A DNA stretch of 58,139 nucleotides, filler included, from Sphacelaria rigidula (lineage: Eukaryota), in assembly GCA_964200075.2 (NCBI GenBank). It is 6 parts of 6 records of this genome, joined end to end, with 100 filler letters (N's around TTAATTAATTAA, not from the genome) between each part and the next. Parts side by side here need not be neighbours in the genome. Positions count along the whole stretch, not along the records: positions 19,417 to 29,023 come from CAXNAA020008113.1; positions 29,124 to 38,729 come from CAXNAA020008114.1; 4 more parts are not named here. One strand, written 5' to 3'. Made by a program: the position numbers and the translations under genes. Shown here piece after piece: positions 23,791 through 37,218 of the stretch (the first letter of the stretch is position 1; every line of letters starts with the position of its first letter). The notes below the pieces were generated by a model. The model was not told where the DNA came from and ran no database searches. It saw only the letters and a program-made list of their open reading frames with translations.

Positions 23791-25152
23791 CAGGTTGCTA
23801 GTACTGCAGCGTCTGAATGCTGTTAAGGGACTCCCCAGTTCCACTGGCCTCAAGGTCTTACTTGTCAGCCCTCACAACACCTTATCAATACCGAAGTAAA
23901 CAGCTGCAACCCCGTACCATCAGGCCTGGGCTACACAGCAAGGGTCATCATCCACAGGATGCCCTTGTCCCCTGGTCATCATCCAGGATCTACTATATAA
24001 TCAACGTGACGGCGTGATTCCGCCACAGACTCTCTCAAATGCTTTCTCCCCGCTTGATTCGTGTGGTGCGACTCATTCTATTGTCTCTCTCACTCTTGAT
24101 TCGTGCACGGCACGATTATTCTCAACCATTCTTCCGCTTTTAGTTGGCCCGGTACGACTATTTTTGACAACTGTTCCCTCACTCGTGATTGAACGACACT
24201 GCTCTCTGCACCCTCTTCTGCCCTCTGAGTGATGCTACGGTAGGAGAGCACAAATGTTTTTGGGGTGAATTGTTAGGAGCCCTCTATCTCATGCAAAACA
24301 CGACTTATGAACATATGTGAGAGTACGCCAGGGTTACTACTCCAATGTGCTGGGGATATCCCGAATGAAGTTGCAAACGGGGATGCCCTGACTCATATTC
24401 TTGTGCATCTGCAATTGTTAGGAGCCCCTGAACCAGACACGATTTCGGGCAAAAAATGCACCCCTACCGTACCATTGCTCCTCTTCGTGATGTAAATACG
24501 AAAACAAAAGTTCATTCATAGCATTCACGTGATATTCGCGGAGCATGATGTTGACATACTGATTTCGCACAGCACGCATCAAATACATATTCGTACCGAC
24601 CATGATTCGTGCGGAACGAACCGTACACATCATGATGAGTAGTCCAATGCGCAACTCTGACCCACTTTGCGACCATTTGGTGATCATTTGACATGCCAGG
24701 TGCGCGTGAAGGAGTTCAACGCTGCGCTCACCGCGTGCGTTGGCGAGGTCAGGAAGCTGAAGCGCCATAACGCTTACCGTGTCATACATGTACGTCGTAG
24801 CATCCATGAGCCTGCGTACTCGTTATTGTAGTTGTCTATGTATCCATTGCTACTTTCGATTCTATGCCGGATCAGACTTGGGTTCTGCTTATTATCGACC
24901 ATGAGTTTGACATTTAAACGGCACGCGAAACCAAGAGCTGTCGCTTGTACCTATTCGGCAGATTTTTCGAAGAATCAGCGATGGCCAACACCAGTTGACC
25001 CTACAAAGGCTTACGGGTTCGTGTTGGACTATGCGTGTAGAAACGCATGCAAGGTAACTCTGCTGAACTGCAAGAAGCAGGGATTTTCGAGGGAAAGCGG
25101 GACCCCGATCCCCTCCAAGGCCGTGGGAGGAGCGAGGGAACATTCTGCTGCA

Positions 25153-25883
25153 TGAAAACATGATGGGACTGGAACATTTCCCGCTGTCAAAAGTATTACG
25201 GTACTGAATGTTGTCGTTCCGTCCCAGAGGAAGGAGTGGATATCATCCCGCGAGACTCTCGTCCCGTTCCGTCCCGTCTCCGCGGGAGAATAGAGACCGT
25301 TTTGTGATGTCCCCGTCATGTGTCACCCCGCCTCGTTTTCACGGGTGATGTGTGCAACGCCCAAAACATATGCGCTGAGACCAATAGTAATTTGTGCCAG
25401 CGATGCCGTCATGCATCAAGAAACCAAACTATAGAAAATTTCAATCATCATTCGCAAGATATGTGACTCACATCTGACAAAAAATCAAATACACCCTCAC
25501 ATATCCTCAATTTCGCGAGAGATTGATTGGACAGGATTTCCCGTCCCATTGACGACATCCCGTGGGGACGGAACGGAGAGTGCCGTGAATAGTAACGGGA
25601 AGAAGCCCAATGTCCCACCAGGACGGGGCGGGAACGGGAAAACTCAGGACAGGGTTGGGACGAGACGGAACCAGAACTTTCTCCATTCCCCCCAAAATGG
25701 GACAAAACAGGACGGGAAACGTGTCCGCTGTCAAAACAAAATCAGGGTGCGGGTGGACGGAATGAGACGGGATGGAACTGGACTGGACGGGACGGGGAGT
25801 TGGCCCACTGACAAACGACGGACGAGGCAGAACAGAAAAATCGACCACGCCCCGTCATGTTTTCCCGTGAGATTATTCTCTCA
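25153..25883. mobile_element. Probable MITE rich in GGGACGGG/CCCGTCCC motifs, flanked by TGCA
   Basis: Terminal AAAACATGA(T/C)GGG motifs in inverted orientation; TGCA at 25149-25152 and 25884-25887; removal rejoins a reading frame. Confidence 0.55.
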
Positions 25884-26208
25884 TGCAAAACCTTCGCAAT
25901 GAAGGGTACCTCTGCGGTTGCTTAATATGTCAACCATAGAGTTGATCAAACGGGCACACGCAGCGCTGTTTCGACCTGACAATGCCTCGAGGTAGGCATG
26001 GCTCATACCATGCAGTTGTAGATGTCGCTAGTATTTGGCCCTTGCATACCATCTATGCCACGACTGCCACAGTAGCACGGTCTATCTAAAGCTGCAGAGC
26101 ACTGTGCCACAACTACTGAGCCTTTCATCGCCGGGGTGGATCAACTTGAAGTTGCAGTCAGTTTTGAGGTGAAACGGTGGTGAATCTTACCGCGGACAAG
26201 AGGTTGTT

Positions 26209-26559
26209 CACACGCGGTCATTTGGTTACCCTCAAAATTCCTCCAGAGCAGTTAATTTTCGAGCCTACCGAGGGTTTAAACGCCTCCAGTGGAATGAAAC
26301 GCCTCCAGAGGGGTAGGTTTTAGTTTCCTCCAGCGGGATAAAATGCCTCCGGGGAAGTCTTTTGCATCTGGCGAGCCGCGCATCCCTCCGGAGGCATTTT
26401 TCAACCCCCTAATTCCTTTGGGGGGGTGCGCGGCCCTCCAGAGCGGTAGTTTTCGGTTTCCTCCAAAGGAATTTAAGGTCTCCGGAGTCTTGTTTTGCCT
26501 CTGAAAGGGCGCGCATCCCTCCGGAGGCATTTTGGGGGGTAGCCAAATGGCCACGTGTG
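26209..26559. mobile_element. 351-bp MITE of the CACAC...GTGTG family (CMC/EnSpm-like), 2-bp TSD TT
   Basis: TIRs CACACGCGGTCATTTGGTTACCCTCAAAA and TTTTGGGGGGTAGCCAAATGGCCACGTGTG; internal CCTCC(A/G)GAGG repeats; TT on both flanks. Confidence 0.85.
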
Positions 26560-29023
26560 TTGGCGGTGAAAATATCCCTTGCTAGATGACCCGTTGGCCG
26601 GCAGCGATGGGTTATCTGGGTTTTACTGTCATTTTTTGAGTGAGGACGGCGTCGATTCAACAGATGAACCACCATGGCGATCAAAGGGGCCAAGATAGGA
26701 CTCTTAGATACAAAAAATGGAGACGTGATTTCAATCTGACGAACAGCGAAAATTCCTTCATTTTTTTCTCAATCTCAGCGTCTGTGGAGAAGTCCGATAT
26801 CGTCAATGCGACACACTCCTAGGAGAGCAATGCTGTACCCATGGCACACTGACGTTGACAAAAAAAGTGGCCGATCTCACGCCGGGACGACGTACACAGC
26901 GGTACAACCCAGCTCAAAACCGACGGTACGGTGCGGTAGCTGTGCACGGCAGCAACGCGCATTCACGACAATTATCATGCGTACACACTGGGCCGGCCAG
27001 GGAACCGGAGATTCCCCCCATTGCCACACGGAGCTAATGTTTTAGAGCCGTGACCCAGAGAAATTGACCCGTGATTCGCAAGGAATTCGCCAGCGGACCT
27101 ATCGCCACCGTCACCCTTCTTCCGTTTATCGCCACGATACAACCAGCTACATTTTTCCCGGTGACAGAAATTCGGACGTGGGATTACTTGTCAACAGCAA
27201 CGCTTTTCGATCAAAAATGTCTACTTCGACTCTTCGGTAGCTTTTTCGGGTGAAAAGATGGCGAGGCGAACAGTACCACCTCGAAATAGCTTGTTGTGCT
27301 CTCTAACTCAGCAGAGACTTGCGGTATACGTTCTCTTCTTTTCTTTTTTTTGTTTCGTACTTTTTCTTTTTTTCGTTTCCCCTTCTTTCTTCGCTTATTT
27401 TTCCTTTTTTTCCTCCGTCTACAAACTTCGTCGGTCCTACCTTTCTGCTTACTTCACTTCTCCTTGTTTTAGTCTTGAGTACGTATGTTATATGACTACG
27501 GCTGGATACCTGGGGGAACCGATAATGTGCGACAATCATCAATCAATCAGTCACCCTAAGCCAGGTTTGGTGCGCCCAGGTCGACTTTTGGTGTGAAAAT
27601 ATATATCGCACAAAACTTGCAGATTCACGAAATTAACGGACTTCGCCCGACAAAAAAATATTCTTTTCTTCGTGGATCTGCAGCATTCGGTGTTTTTTTT
27701 TCAATCAAAAGTTAAATTACGCGAACCAAAAAGCGACGAAATGTACCGGGACTCTCTCAGTCAGGTAGACCCGCCATTCCGAGGTGGCACTATCCGCCTC
27801 ACCGTCGGTTAACGCGAAAAACGCTGCCGACGTATCACAATGGGTGCCTCCGACCAAACACCTTTCCCGCCTCCATAACAAATGGCCAAAGTCAACGGAC
27901 ACAAGGGACGAGGAAGGGTGACGACGGATGTGTCGCCGAGTTCCTTGTAAATGAGTGGTCAAAATCTCGAGTCCCCAACTCTTCAAAATGACTCTCGTGC
28001 ATATATAAACATTTTTCGTAGATTTTTGCACCACTATCGTTCTGCATACAAAATTAGGTACGAATTTCGGCTGTTACTATCGATTGGCCATAGTCACTGA
28101 ATGAGACGTTCACAGCTCTTCTTCTCGTCTCGAAATTTACAGGCTCAAAATGTTGGGGGATATTCGGAATATTCATCATGAGAAAATCTCAAATCTCACA
28201 AGAGCCAGCACGCTGGTAGGTGCAAAACCTTGCCACCACGGAGAGATACGACTTTAACGACACCAGTTTTGCGTATTCCTAAGCTAGATGCCTCCGCTAC
28301 AACTAACTGACTACACGATTTTTCAATGTGCAGATGGGGTGATGATTTTGTTGCGAGGAACCTTGGGAACCTTCGCAATGATCGAAATGCCTTCGAAATA
28401 GAAATGAAAACGCACTCCACGGCTTCAATGTGTGGCCTCGCTCATTCTCGGAAGGATCCACCCGCAATTCGGAAAATCCCGTGTTCAAACCTAATAATTT
28501 CGACCTCTGCTCATTCTAGAGTAAGAACTGTCCGTCATTTATCAGTACCCCCGTATCGGGATGGTTTTTTCTTGAGGATGAGCGGAGGCACACATCAAGG
28601 CTGGATAGTGCACTTGCATTTTTTGTCAAAAATACTTTATCTCGATCACTGCGAAGTTCTTCAAGGTCCAGCCTTAAAACAATCCTTCTCAGTTAGTACA
28701 CTCCCGTGTTATCACCGTGATGGATGGGTAACAGGGGGGTAAACGTTACCAACCTCAAAACGACATACCGAAGTGAGTCTTGTTGTTGATATTCACTTCA
28801 ACTTTACCTAATTTTTCAAATATACTTCCTTCATTCACACTTTTACTAGCTCTATTTTTACTTATTGTGTATTTTGTATTCACCATTTGATTCTTTATTT
28901 CATGCATGCTCCATTCCACCGTGCATCATTTTATTCGTTCTTACAGGTTTATGTACCTCCGTTCCCCGTCCTCCGACGAAGGCCATGACCGGTCTTGTCG
29001 GTACAGCGTGGGGAGGGTCTTTT

Positions 29024-29123
29024 NNNNNNNNNNNNNNNNNNNNNNNNNNNNNNNNNNNNNNNNNNNNTTAATTAATTAANNNNNNNNNNNNNNNNNNNNN
29101 NNNNNNNNNNNNNNNNNNNNNNN
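29024..29123. other. Artificial contig linker N44-TTAATTAATTAA-N44
   Basis: Identical 100-bp spacer. Confidence 0.98.
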
Positions 29124-29609
29124 GACGACGAGGCCAAGGCTTTCATCAAGGAGTACACTGTGTCAGGCGCGGAAACACAGCTTGTACTAGCCGCTTTCAA
29201 TCAGCCTTCGAAGTCTGGGGGCGGAAGGGGTAGACCGCGCCAAACGGCACACGATAATACGGCGACCGGATTGATGGGAATACGGCAGGACGGGCGACGG
29301 CAGCGTGAGACGGGAGCTGAAGATGAGGCGGGTTCCAAAGATCGCAGCGTGGATAATAGTAGTGAGGAAGACGAGGAGGACGAAGAAAAAGAAGAAAAAG
29401 AAGATGAAGAAGAAAAAGAAGAAGAAGAAGAAGAAGAAGAAGAAGATAGCATGGGAGGAGGCGGGCGGGGACGTGAGGGTCGCAAAAAGCGTGGCAGGTC
29501 TTGTTCGGTCCACAGCGCAGCGGGCCAGGCGGACAAATCTGTCCTGCCACCTAGAAGCCAGCGTGGGCGTTGGAGGCACGCGAAATGGCGGTTCCCGTGT
29601 GATTCTTGA
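29124..29609 (+). CDS. Possible 3' coding fragment with acidic (E/D) tract; product unknown
   Basis: Frame is open from the contig edge (DDEAKAFIKEYTVSGAETQLVLAAFNQ...) through a GAA-rich tract at 29365-29447; no recognisable domain. Confidence 0.3.
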   Translation, partial: DDEAKAFIKEYTVSGAETQLVLAAFNQPSKSGGGRGRPRQTAHDNTATGLMGIRQDGRRQRETGAEDEAGSKDRSVDNSSEEDEEDEEKEEKEDEEEKEEEEEEEEEDSMGGGGRGREGRKKRGRSCSVHSAAGQADKSVLPPRSQRGRWRHAKWRFPCDS

Positions 29610-32600
29610 AGGCCTCTGTAGTCTAAGTAAATAGCCGTGCGCGTGGCGTATTCCACACAGGGTCTCCAACTTGGCTTATTTACGAATATACAATGCAACA
29701 GTGAATGGATATTGCTCGCGTATTAGTCTTTCTGCTTGCCAATGAGCGTCTCCTGATGATCAGCACAATTATGCAGCGGTTTACACCGAGGCTTGCACGC
29801 TCCATACCAATGTCGACTGCGATTACTGCAGTCGAAAGTGACCGCGGGTCAGACAAGTTTCGGTTCGGTTGTAGCAACCGCAACCTCCACGGCGGTCCGC
29901 ACAAGAAGACTGCTACGCATATGTCGCGAAACATGCTTGCTACTTGCGCCTCCAAACATGAATGAGAGTGCAAGATGGGTTGAAATTAAGTGGCACGAAT
30001 CCCCGGCAAAAAAAGTTCGACTGCCTTCGTCGAAAGTGACTCGGGTCAGCGCGATACTACCCCGCCACCCGCCCACCCCGCTGTCCACCTACACGTTTAT
30101 TCATCGCGCAAACACACTGTTAATGCCGCCTTCCAGCGCACGAACGTGTTTGGCACATCAAGACCAAGTCTCGAGACAAACGCGGCACATAGCGGCAACA
30201 TAAAAATTATAAAGAAATTTACGTGTTTTTGTTTGATAAATTGGGCCCAAAAAGGGGGTTCGTAGGGGGTTGGGGTTCGTCATTTTTTCGAATCCTGATG
30301 TCCCCTTGTGTAAATGCTTATTTATCTCGTGTCTCGCTCGAATCACGTGTTTCATGCTAATAATAAAACTGCCTGTACTGCGGTATGGTTGCGTCCTTGC
30401 ATTGCTTGACAAAAACTACGCTTCCTGCGCCTCGTAAACAGTTTATGATAATATCCAGAGGATGCCTCAGGTGGCGTTTGTATCATGCATGTTCGTTTTT
30501 GAACTGGTGCGTACTGGATTGGTGCAGCACGCAGCACTACCCTACCACACCTCCAAGTGCAACAACGATGGACTCGTTGGCATCTCTTCCTGCGTATTCT
30601 TGAATGAAGCGTGATAAAACATGAGGAGCAATGGCATGACGGACCATGAGGAGCAATACTGTGACCGGCTCCCACAGGATAGAACAACACTGCAGTGCAC
30701 ACGTGCGCCGGAAATCGCGCTAGCGCGCGCTGCCCGAAAATAACGCACTCCGCGCGTTGCACTTAATTCAATGCGTTTAATTTAATTCAATGTAGAGGTC
30801 ACCCTATGGGCTCGGAGCCGTCAACACGACAGCAATTGGACGCTCATCTCTGGTAGATTACGGGAAGATCAAGGCAAAGCTTTGGGAAAAAAAAACAAGA
30901 CATCATGGGGAGCGACTGGCGGCAGCGCCGAGACAGTGGCTTTCACCCAGGGAGCGGGAGGGGTGGGGGGCGAGGTGGAGGAGGTGGCGGTCATGCTAGC
31001 GGTTGGAGTGCCGGTTGGGGTGGCCACAGGTGGTGCTTCGGCTCATTTTTGTCAGCCTCAATCGGAGGATGGAGTCAACTTGGTGGTGGACTTAACGGCT
31101 TCGGCTTTGCCGGTGGTAGAGGTGGCCGTGACACGAAGTCACAGGGCCCCCAGAAGCAGCAGCAGCATCAGCATCAGCAACACGGACAAGGTGACGCCGA
31201 TCGGGATCTTGAACGGGGAGCAAACAACTGCGCCCGCGTGAAAAGTAACGACAAGGATAGTGGCTTGGTAAGCGAGAGTGGATCCTGGGCAGAGAAGGAG
31301 GAGATGTGCAGACGAAGTGAGGAGACCATCGGACTACCCTGCGCTCAGGAGGTGGGTAATGGATCATGAAGTAGTAGTGGAAAATATGCTACAACAGTGC
31401 TGTATGCCCTGCGCTGCCCTGTGCCGTGTATCTTTTTTTGCATTATTTATCTGGTTCGGTATGACAGTATACAGTAGTATCAGTATTACGCATGATGTGA
31501 CATACAAAGCATGAGTTCAATCTGTGCTCCTTTACTTCATCTGTATCTGTCAGTATTTGTTTTTGGTTTTTGGCACCTGCCGTGTTGATCTTCGTTTGTG
31601 CGTTCTACAGTCTGTGAGTCAAGTTACTGCCTGTCTGCGGCGTGATGGATCAGGGACTGACTACAGACAGTAGTGCGTACCCTGAAAAAGCTATTTTACA
31701 GAATGTGTTGCGATTTGTCACCAGTTCTTTCGTGGAATGACGGTGTCCTACTGGCTCCCACTGTCAGTGGAGTTACAGTAGTTCACTGGCGTTGGGCTAC
31801 AAATGCTCATGGTTGATTTTATTTGATTTGAGTATGTATCATGATAATCGGATCTTCAGTAGAGCTGACAGAGCCGTGTGCACCTTGCCTGCCAGAACGC
31901 GTTTTTGTTGAAATCGGCGCCACAAGCTCCGATTTGGGGTCCACCAAGGCCGCACTTTGCCTAAAGAATGTATGTACCGCCCTTGCCCGAGGGTTCTCGG
32001 TCTGCGTCGGGCTGGGGTTGGGCGCCGATAAACTGGCCTCCCCCCCGTGGTTCGATTGCTGGTTCAGTTTTCTGGGATAAGCGCACCATCTCTATGTACG
32101 GTTGAATAGTGCCCCTCCGGTGGGCTCGCAACGGCTCAGCTTCGACGACCGCGGACACAACATTGTAGCCTGTCAATCGTAAACGCCAGCAAGCAAAGGT
32201 GGTAAAACGTACAGGGGCGGCGTCCTACGCATAGCTGTGCGGCGAGAGTCGATACATTTATGGGATAATGTTCCGTATCGTGTGCCTCGAGTACCTATCG
32301 GTAGTCTGGTCAAGTTTGGCGAGGTATGAGATGATGTTTCTACTCTTTTTTACTGCAGGCTGATCGCTACCGTGTTCTCGTGTGGATACATGCGTGTGAG
32401 CGTGGCCAGCATCCGAGGTCATCGGGACACAGCGCGGGCAAGGAGTAGAGGCAAATATACGAACCTCGCATAACCCATCAGACTTACTTTCGAATTTTGA
32501 CGGTGTCTCTTGCTCAATTTCTTGAACAAAATCAACAAACAAACGAACACCATGACGATTTGCGACAAATGAAGAATTGTAAAATTGCCTCTGCGAGGGA

Positions 32601-34747
32601 GAGATATAGAAGTGTACGATGACTGACATCTGTAGGATGAGATTCTGAAAACTAGGAATACAGTACCCACATCTCCCGCAAAACAAATCGATGATCACCA
32701 ATTTTTCTTCGGTGCGGGTGTGGTACCAACTACGAGCACGTCACAGAAAATTGAGTAGATTTGCTTATTGATGTTCAGGGTTCTGGAGCCAACACCGTAT
32801 TTTCGACATTTCCGTGCAAACGTGTGTGGGTGGAAATGCCCGCCAACTCTTTTTTGCTAGAGACTCAATATTCCATGAAGATCCTCATCTTTTTGTGACG
32901 CGCTTGTAGTTGGCACAGTCCCACAAAAAATGTACCCAAGAAATATTGGTGGGCGTTTTTTTTTTTGCGGAAGATATGGCGGTACCTAATTTTCAGAATC
33001 TCATCCTACATACATACATGGTTCATCCTACACTTCTATTCCACACCATTCGATGGGGGGCGCGGGCGAGGCTCCGTGTCCAAAAATCTTGTCGCGACAG
33101 ACCTTCAATGATTCAGGAACGGGATCCTTCGGCAGAACGCGGGACGTTACGCACTTTATACGGAGAAATGAATCTATGTTAGCACCGGCGAATGTATGCC
33201 ACGAAGCCGCCTCTTCCGGAGTTGAGAGAAACACAGTAGTTGGAGAAGAAAATGCATTGAAGGTCGCCATTTTCCCAGTCATCAAGTTCCCAGCAGTGTT
33301 GTTCCTTAATCTTCAATACAGTACAATGGAGGCATTCCCGGAGGTTGCAATTCATCATCCGCGGCGTGTACTGGGGGTGGTCATATTCCAAGGCCTAATA
33401 TATGCCGAGACTACGATGTAACAGCAAAACACGTTGGAAGGGAGGTGTCCAAATCAGCACGACAAGGTGGTGAAACAGACCTGCGTCATTCCTGAGGCAG
33501 CGAGATGGGAATTGGAAAAGGATACATATCATCACTGCAGACGGAGGAAGTACTTCAGACACGAACTGCATCACAGTCCGGTAATACCCCCACGAATTTG
33601 ACACTGGAATGTAGTGCACTCCTAGCCGGGAGTACATGAGTACAATGAGCATTGCCTGTGTGCAGTATTGATGAGACAGTCCTGGACGGCCTTTTCGATG
33701 CAAAGCACATCTCGGCAGGGCTGAAATACCCGCGATCCATGCATGAAAATTGCAAACTGCAACTTGCACTCTGTCCTCGAAGGACTGGATGGAGGGCAGG
33801 TGACTTTCATCCTGCAGACCACCACGCCAAATACCACCCCTTGACATCATGCACACCCAATACAACGCATTGTCAGTCAGAATCTTATCAAATTGTTTTC
33901 GTGTCGAAAACGTGCGGTCGAATCGAATTCGCTCGTTTCTGGATCGTCGACGCTACTGTTTTTTTCAGATGGTTGATAACATGAATGCCGTGGACGTATC
34001 TGGTACAAGTCAATTGGGTTCCACCGTACGTTTTCGAGTTGAAAACAATTTGAAAAGACTCGGCCTCAGTTAGCACCGCAACCCTGAAGCATATAAAACG
34101 AGATCAAAACAGGAATGCACAACATTAATCGAAACTGGCACCGCCACGCTCTCGACATACATGCTGCGTTTCCTTTTTTGTTGGAACCGGCTCTATCGCC
34201 CTCCTCTTGGAAGGCACGTTTTTTTTTCCGTTCGCGAATACCTCGAGCATCTTCCATGTGTTAGCAGCGGGCGACGGAATTGCGTTGTGGGTAGGCGACC
34301 GATCGCCGAATGCCCTAGACGCTGATGGATAATACGGGAAGCACAACTGCACGCTCATTAAGTATTTTGCATATCCTTATGGGTGCAGACGGTACAGGCA
34401 GTGCTGTCTGTACGACATTGTACTGCACATTGTTCACTGTTTTACATTCTACTGACGCGGATAGTACTGTCTCTACTGCACGCTGACCGCTTTGCAGTTT
34501 TCCTGCTAGCTATCAAGTACCGCTTCGCGAAGCTCCGCTGCTTTTTGGTGTTTGGCGTTTTGCATATTCGCCCAGGGCGTGTCTTGGCACTTTTTTTTTC
34601 GATCGAAAAAGTGCGGTCGCTTTTTCCGCCGATCTGATAGGTCCACCGCATTTATGTTCCCCGAAGGCTTCAATTCAAAATTATAATTAGCGGCGTGCGG
34701 AGAAGAATGAATCGAGGTAAATAAGAATCGTTCTCGATCGAAAATAT

Positions 34748-36139
34748 TAGAGCTCGATATTTGGTCTGAAAATGGCCCCAATAGGATATAGATATGTCGG
34801 GTGAAAAATTCTCGCATATATCTGCAATCTCGCATAAGAAATATTATAGTCAGATATTTGGATTATCCTATGCGTATGCGAGATCGCACCCGATATCCCT
34901 CCAGATATCTGTGGATATAGGGACGATTTGTCCAGATTATACGCCCCGGTGGCTTAGTTGGTAAGCTCGAAGCCTTCTGACGGCTGGGTCGTGGGTTCAA
35001 TTCTCGGAGCGATCTGGGATTTTTTCTCATGCCCAACAACAGCCAGTGGAGAGCGACTATGTCGTGGGTACACAAAATTCGACTTGGCGGTCGACGAGGG
35101 AAAGGAACTGCTGAACCCCTCTCACGATAAAAAATCAAGGCAAGCACCGCACAAGGAAGGTAGAGTACTGGAAAGCATATAAAAAAGAAAAAACTCCCAT
35201 ATTAACCTTTCTCCTGTGTGACTCCGGCTGGTGCGCCCACATATACGGAAATGTGTAGACCGGCTTCCAGAATAGATGGGACGACAACACACACGCGTAC
35301 AGATTTACTCTACGGGTGCGGGGTACCTATGTTATTTATGTGTGTGTAACGAGTGACGAGTTACGTGTCTCATCAGTGAGCTGCATACAGTTATGCACGT
35401 GCCAGGCATACTGCATAGAGGCACACACGACAGCGCTAGAGGGACGACGCGCTCAAACGCTCAAACGCCAACAAGCAGAGCAAACAAGTAGAAACAAGAC
35501 ACGCCTTCAAGTGACGGTAGTTGGTGTTGTTATTATTATTTTTCGTCGATATATTTATTGCCACCTACCGCGCCAAATAGTCGTCTACCACTGCTTATCA
35601 CTGTATTCTACGATGAAACCAGAAGCACAGCGCAAGCACAAAAGAACCAAACAAAATTCGCACGGAAAATGTGGTACCTTAGTCTACCGCCAAGAACGAA
35701 GTATGCATCGCACACCGCACACCACAACCTGAGAAACGCTTGACAACTCAAAATGTGATTGCATTAGCAGGCACGAACTACCACATGTGCTTCTTGTGTG
35801 CACGGGTGCGGTGACACCACTGTTGTTACTTGCGCACTAGGGATCTGGGGTCTGGAGACAAGGTAATGAGGCTGATTCTGATATTCAAGAAGACATATCG
35901 TGTGAGATCCGCGTATGTATCCCACATATATTGGGTATATTGGATATATTTGGGCAACATGTATCAATATTTATGCGAGAATATGCGAATATATTGGGTA
36001 ATTTTGGGGGATATTTTCTCTCATAAGATTGGCCAAAAATCTTCACGTTAGGGCCCAAAAAACACGCGTAGAAAATATAAATATCTTGTGCGTATTTGGG
36101 GCAATATATTTTGGACCCAATACCCAATACCGAGCTCTA
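34748..36139. mobile_element. hAT-type MITE (TAGAGCTCG...CGAGCTCTA) with 8-bp TSD
   Basis: TIRs TAGAGCTCGATATTTGG and CCCAATACCGAGCTCTA; flanks GAAAATAT (34740-34747) and GAAAACAT (36140-36147). Confidence 0.8.
34942..35294 (+). mobile_element. tRNA-derived SINE (family A)
   Basis: A box TGGCTTAGTTGG (34950-34961); B box GGTTCAATTCTC (34994-35005); acceptor-like pairing CGCCCCG/CGGAGCG; 3' tail ending in (AC)n that recurs at 16919-17019; second head copy at 48367. Confidence 0.8.
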
Positions 36140-36777
36140 GAAAACATGCGGTCGAAATGCACGAAGCGGCACTTGACTCCTATCTTACAGACCACCACGC
36201 CACATAACACCTGTTCACAGGACCATGCAAACCCCATCCAACTCATTCTCAGCTATCACTGCAACCTTGCGGCATAGAGCACGAGTTGAGCCCAGGGAAA
36301 GATACACTGCCGCAGTTGGGTGTGCTTTTTTTATTTTTGTTGGCGAAAACTTGCGCATCTTCTACCATGGTAGGGGTCAGCGACGGAACTGCGTGGTATG
36401 GTGGGCAACCGAGTTGCGTGCACGCTCATGGACTGTGCAGGCAGCACAAAGCTGCACGTTGCTGAAGCACCGTCGCATTGGAAGCAGAGAGAACTGATAA
36501 GTCCTGGGCTGTCTACACTGCACGTTGCCCACTTGTCTTTTATATCCTCCTGAACGAAACACGCACACACGCACCCAAGACACTGCTTGCAAGCAGTGCA
36601 GACAGTACCGACTGTCTGCACTGTACACGAGTGACCATGTGCCGTTCCACGAATTTCACCATCTTTTTGCTACTGAAAGCTTGGAAATTCGTCTGGACTC
36701 CACTGCATCAAAACGAGAAAAAATCGCTCAAATCGATTCCACTGCTCCATTTTTTCGATCGGAGAAAAAAGTGCTTG

Positions 36778-37215
36778 GACCGACTCTAATGAGAGCTGTT
36801 CAAAATTCCTGCTCAAAACTGCCTTTTTGGCCCTTGTCCGTCGTTTTACGCCTGAAAAGGGGGCTAGGCGGATGTTGACGCCTCGGGATGACTTGCTCTA
36901 CTCATTGAGGCCGTTCCAGGGCAACCTTGCATTTCCCGCTGGCCGCACTTTCATTTTTGGCCAAACACGGATTTCCAACAAAGAACGGTCAAGCGATCAG
37001 CAAACAGGGAGAAGTTTTGATCATCTGACTATATTTTTTTATTCCGTGCCTCGCCTCATTTGGCCAGAAACAAAAGTGCGGCCAGCGGGAAATGAAAAGT
37101 TGCCCTAGAACGGCGTCAACATCCGCCTAGCCCTCTTTTCGGGCGTAAATCGACGGAGAAGGGCCGAAAAGGCAGTTTTGAACAGAAATTAGAACGGCTG
37201 CCATTGGAGTTGGCC
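36778..37215. mobile_element. Foldback MITE family U, copy 1
   Basis: ~440-bp imperfect palindrome; TIR G(A/G)CC(G/A)ACTCTAATG; flanks TTG/TTA. Confidence 0.8.
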
Positions 37216-37218
37216 TTA

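Noticed and set aside
34942..35011. Functional tRNA gene
   Set aside because: It has A/B boxes but an imperfect cloverleaf, continues into a SINE body and tail, and has diverged copies elsewhere.
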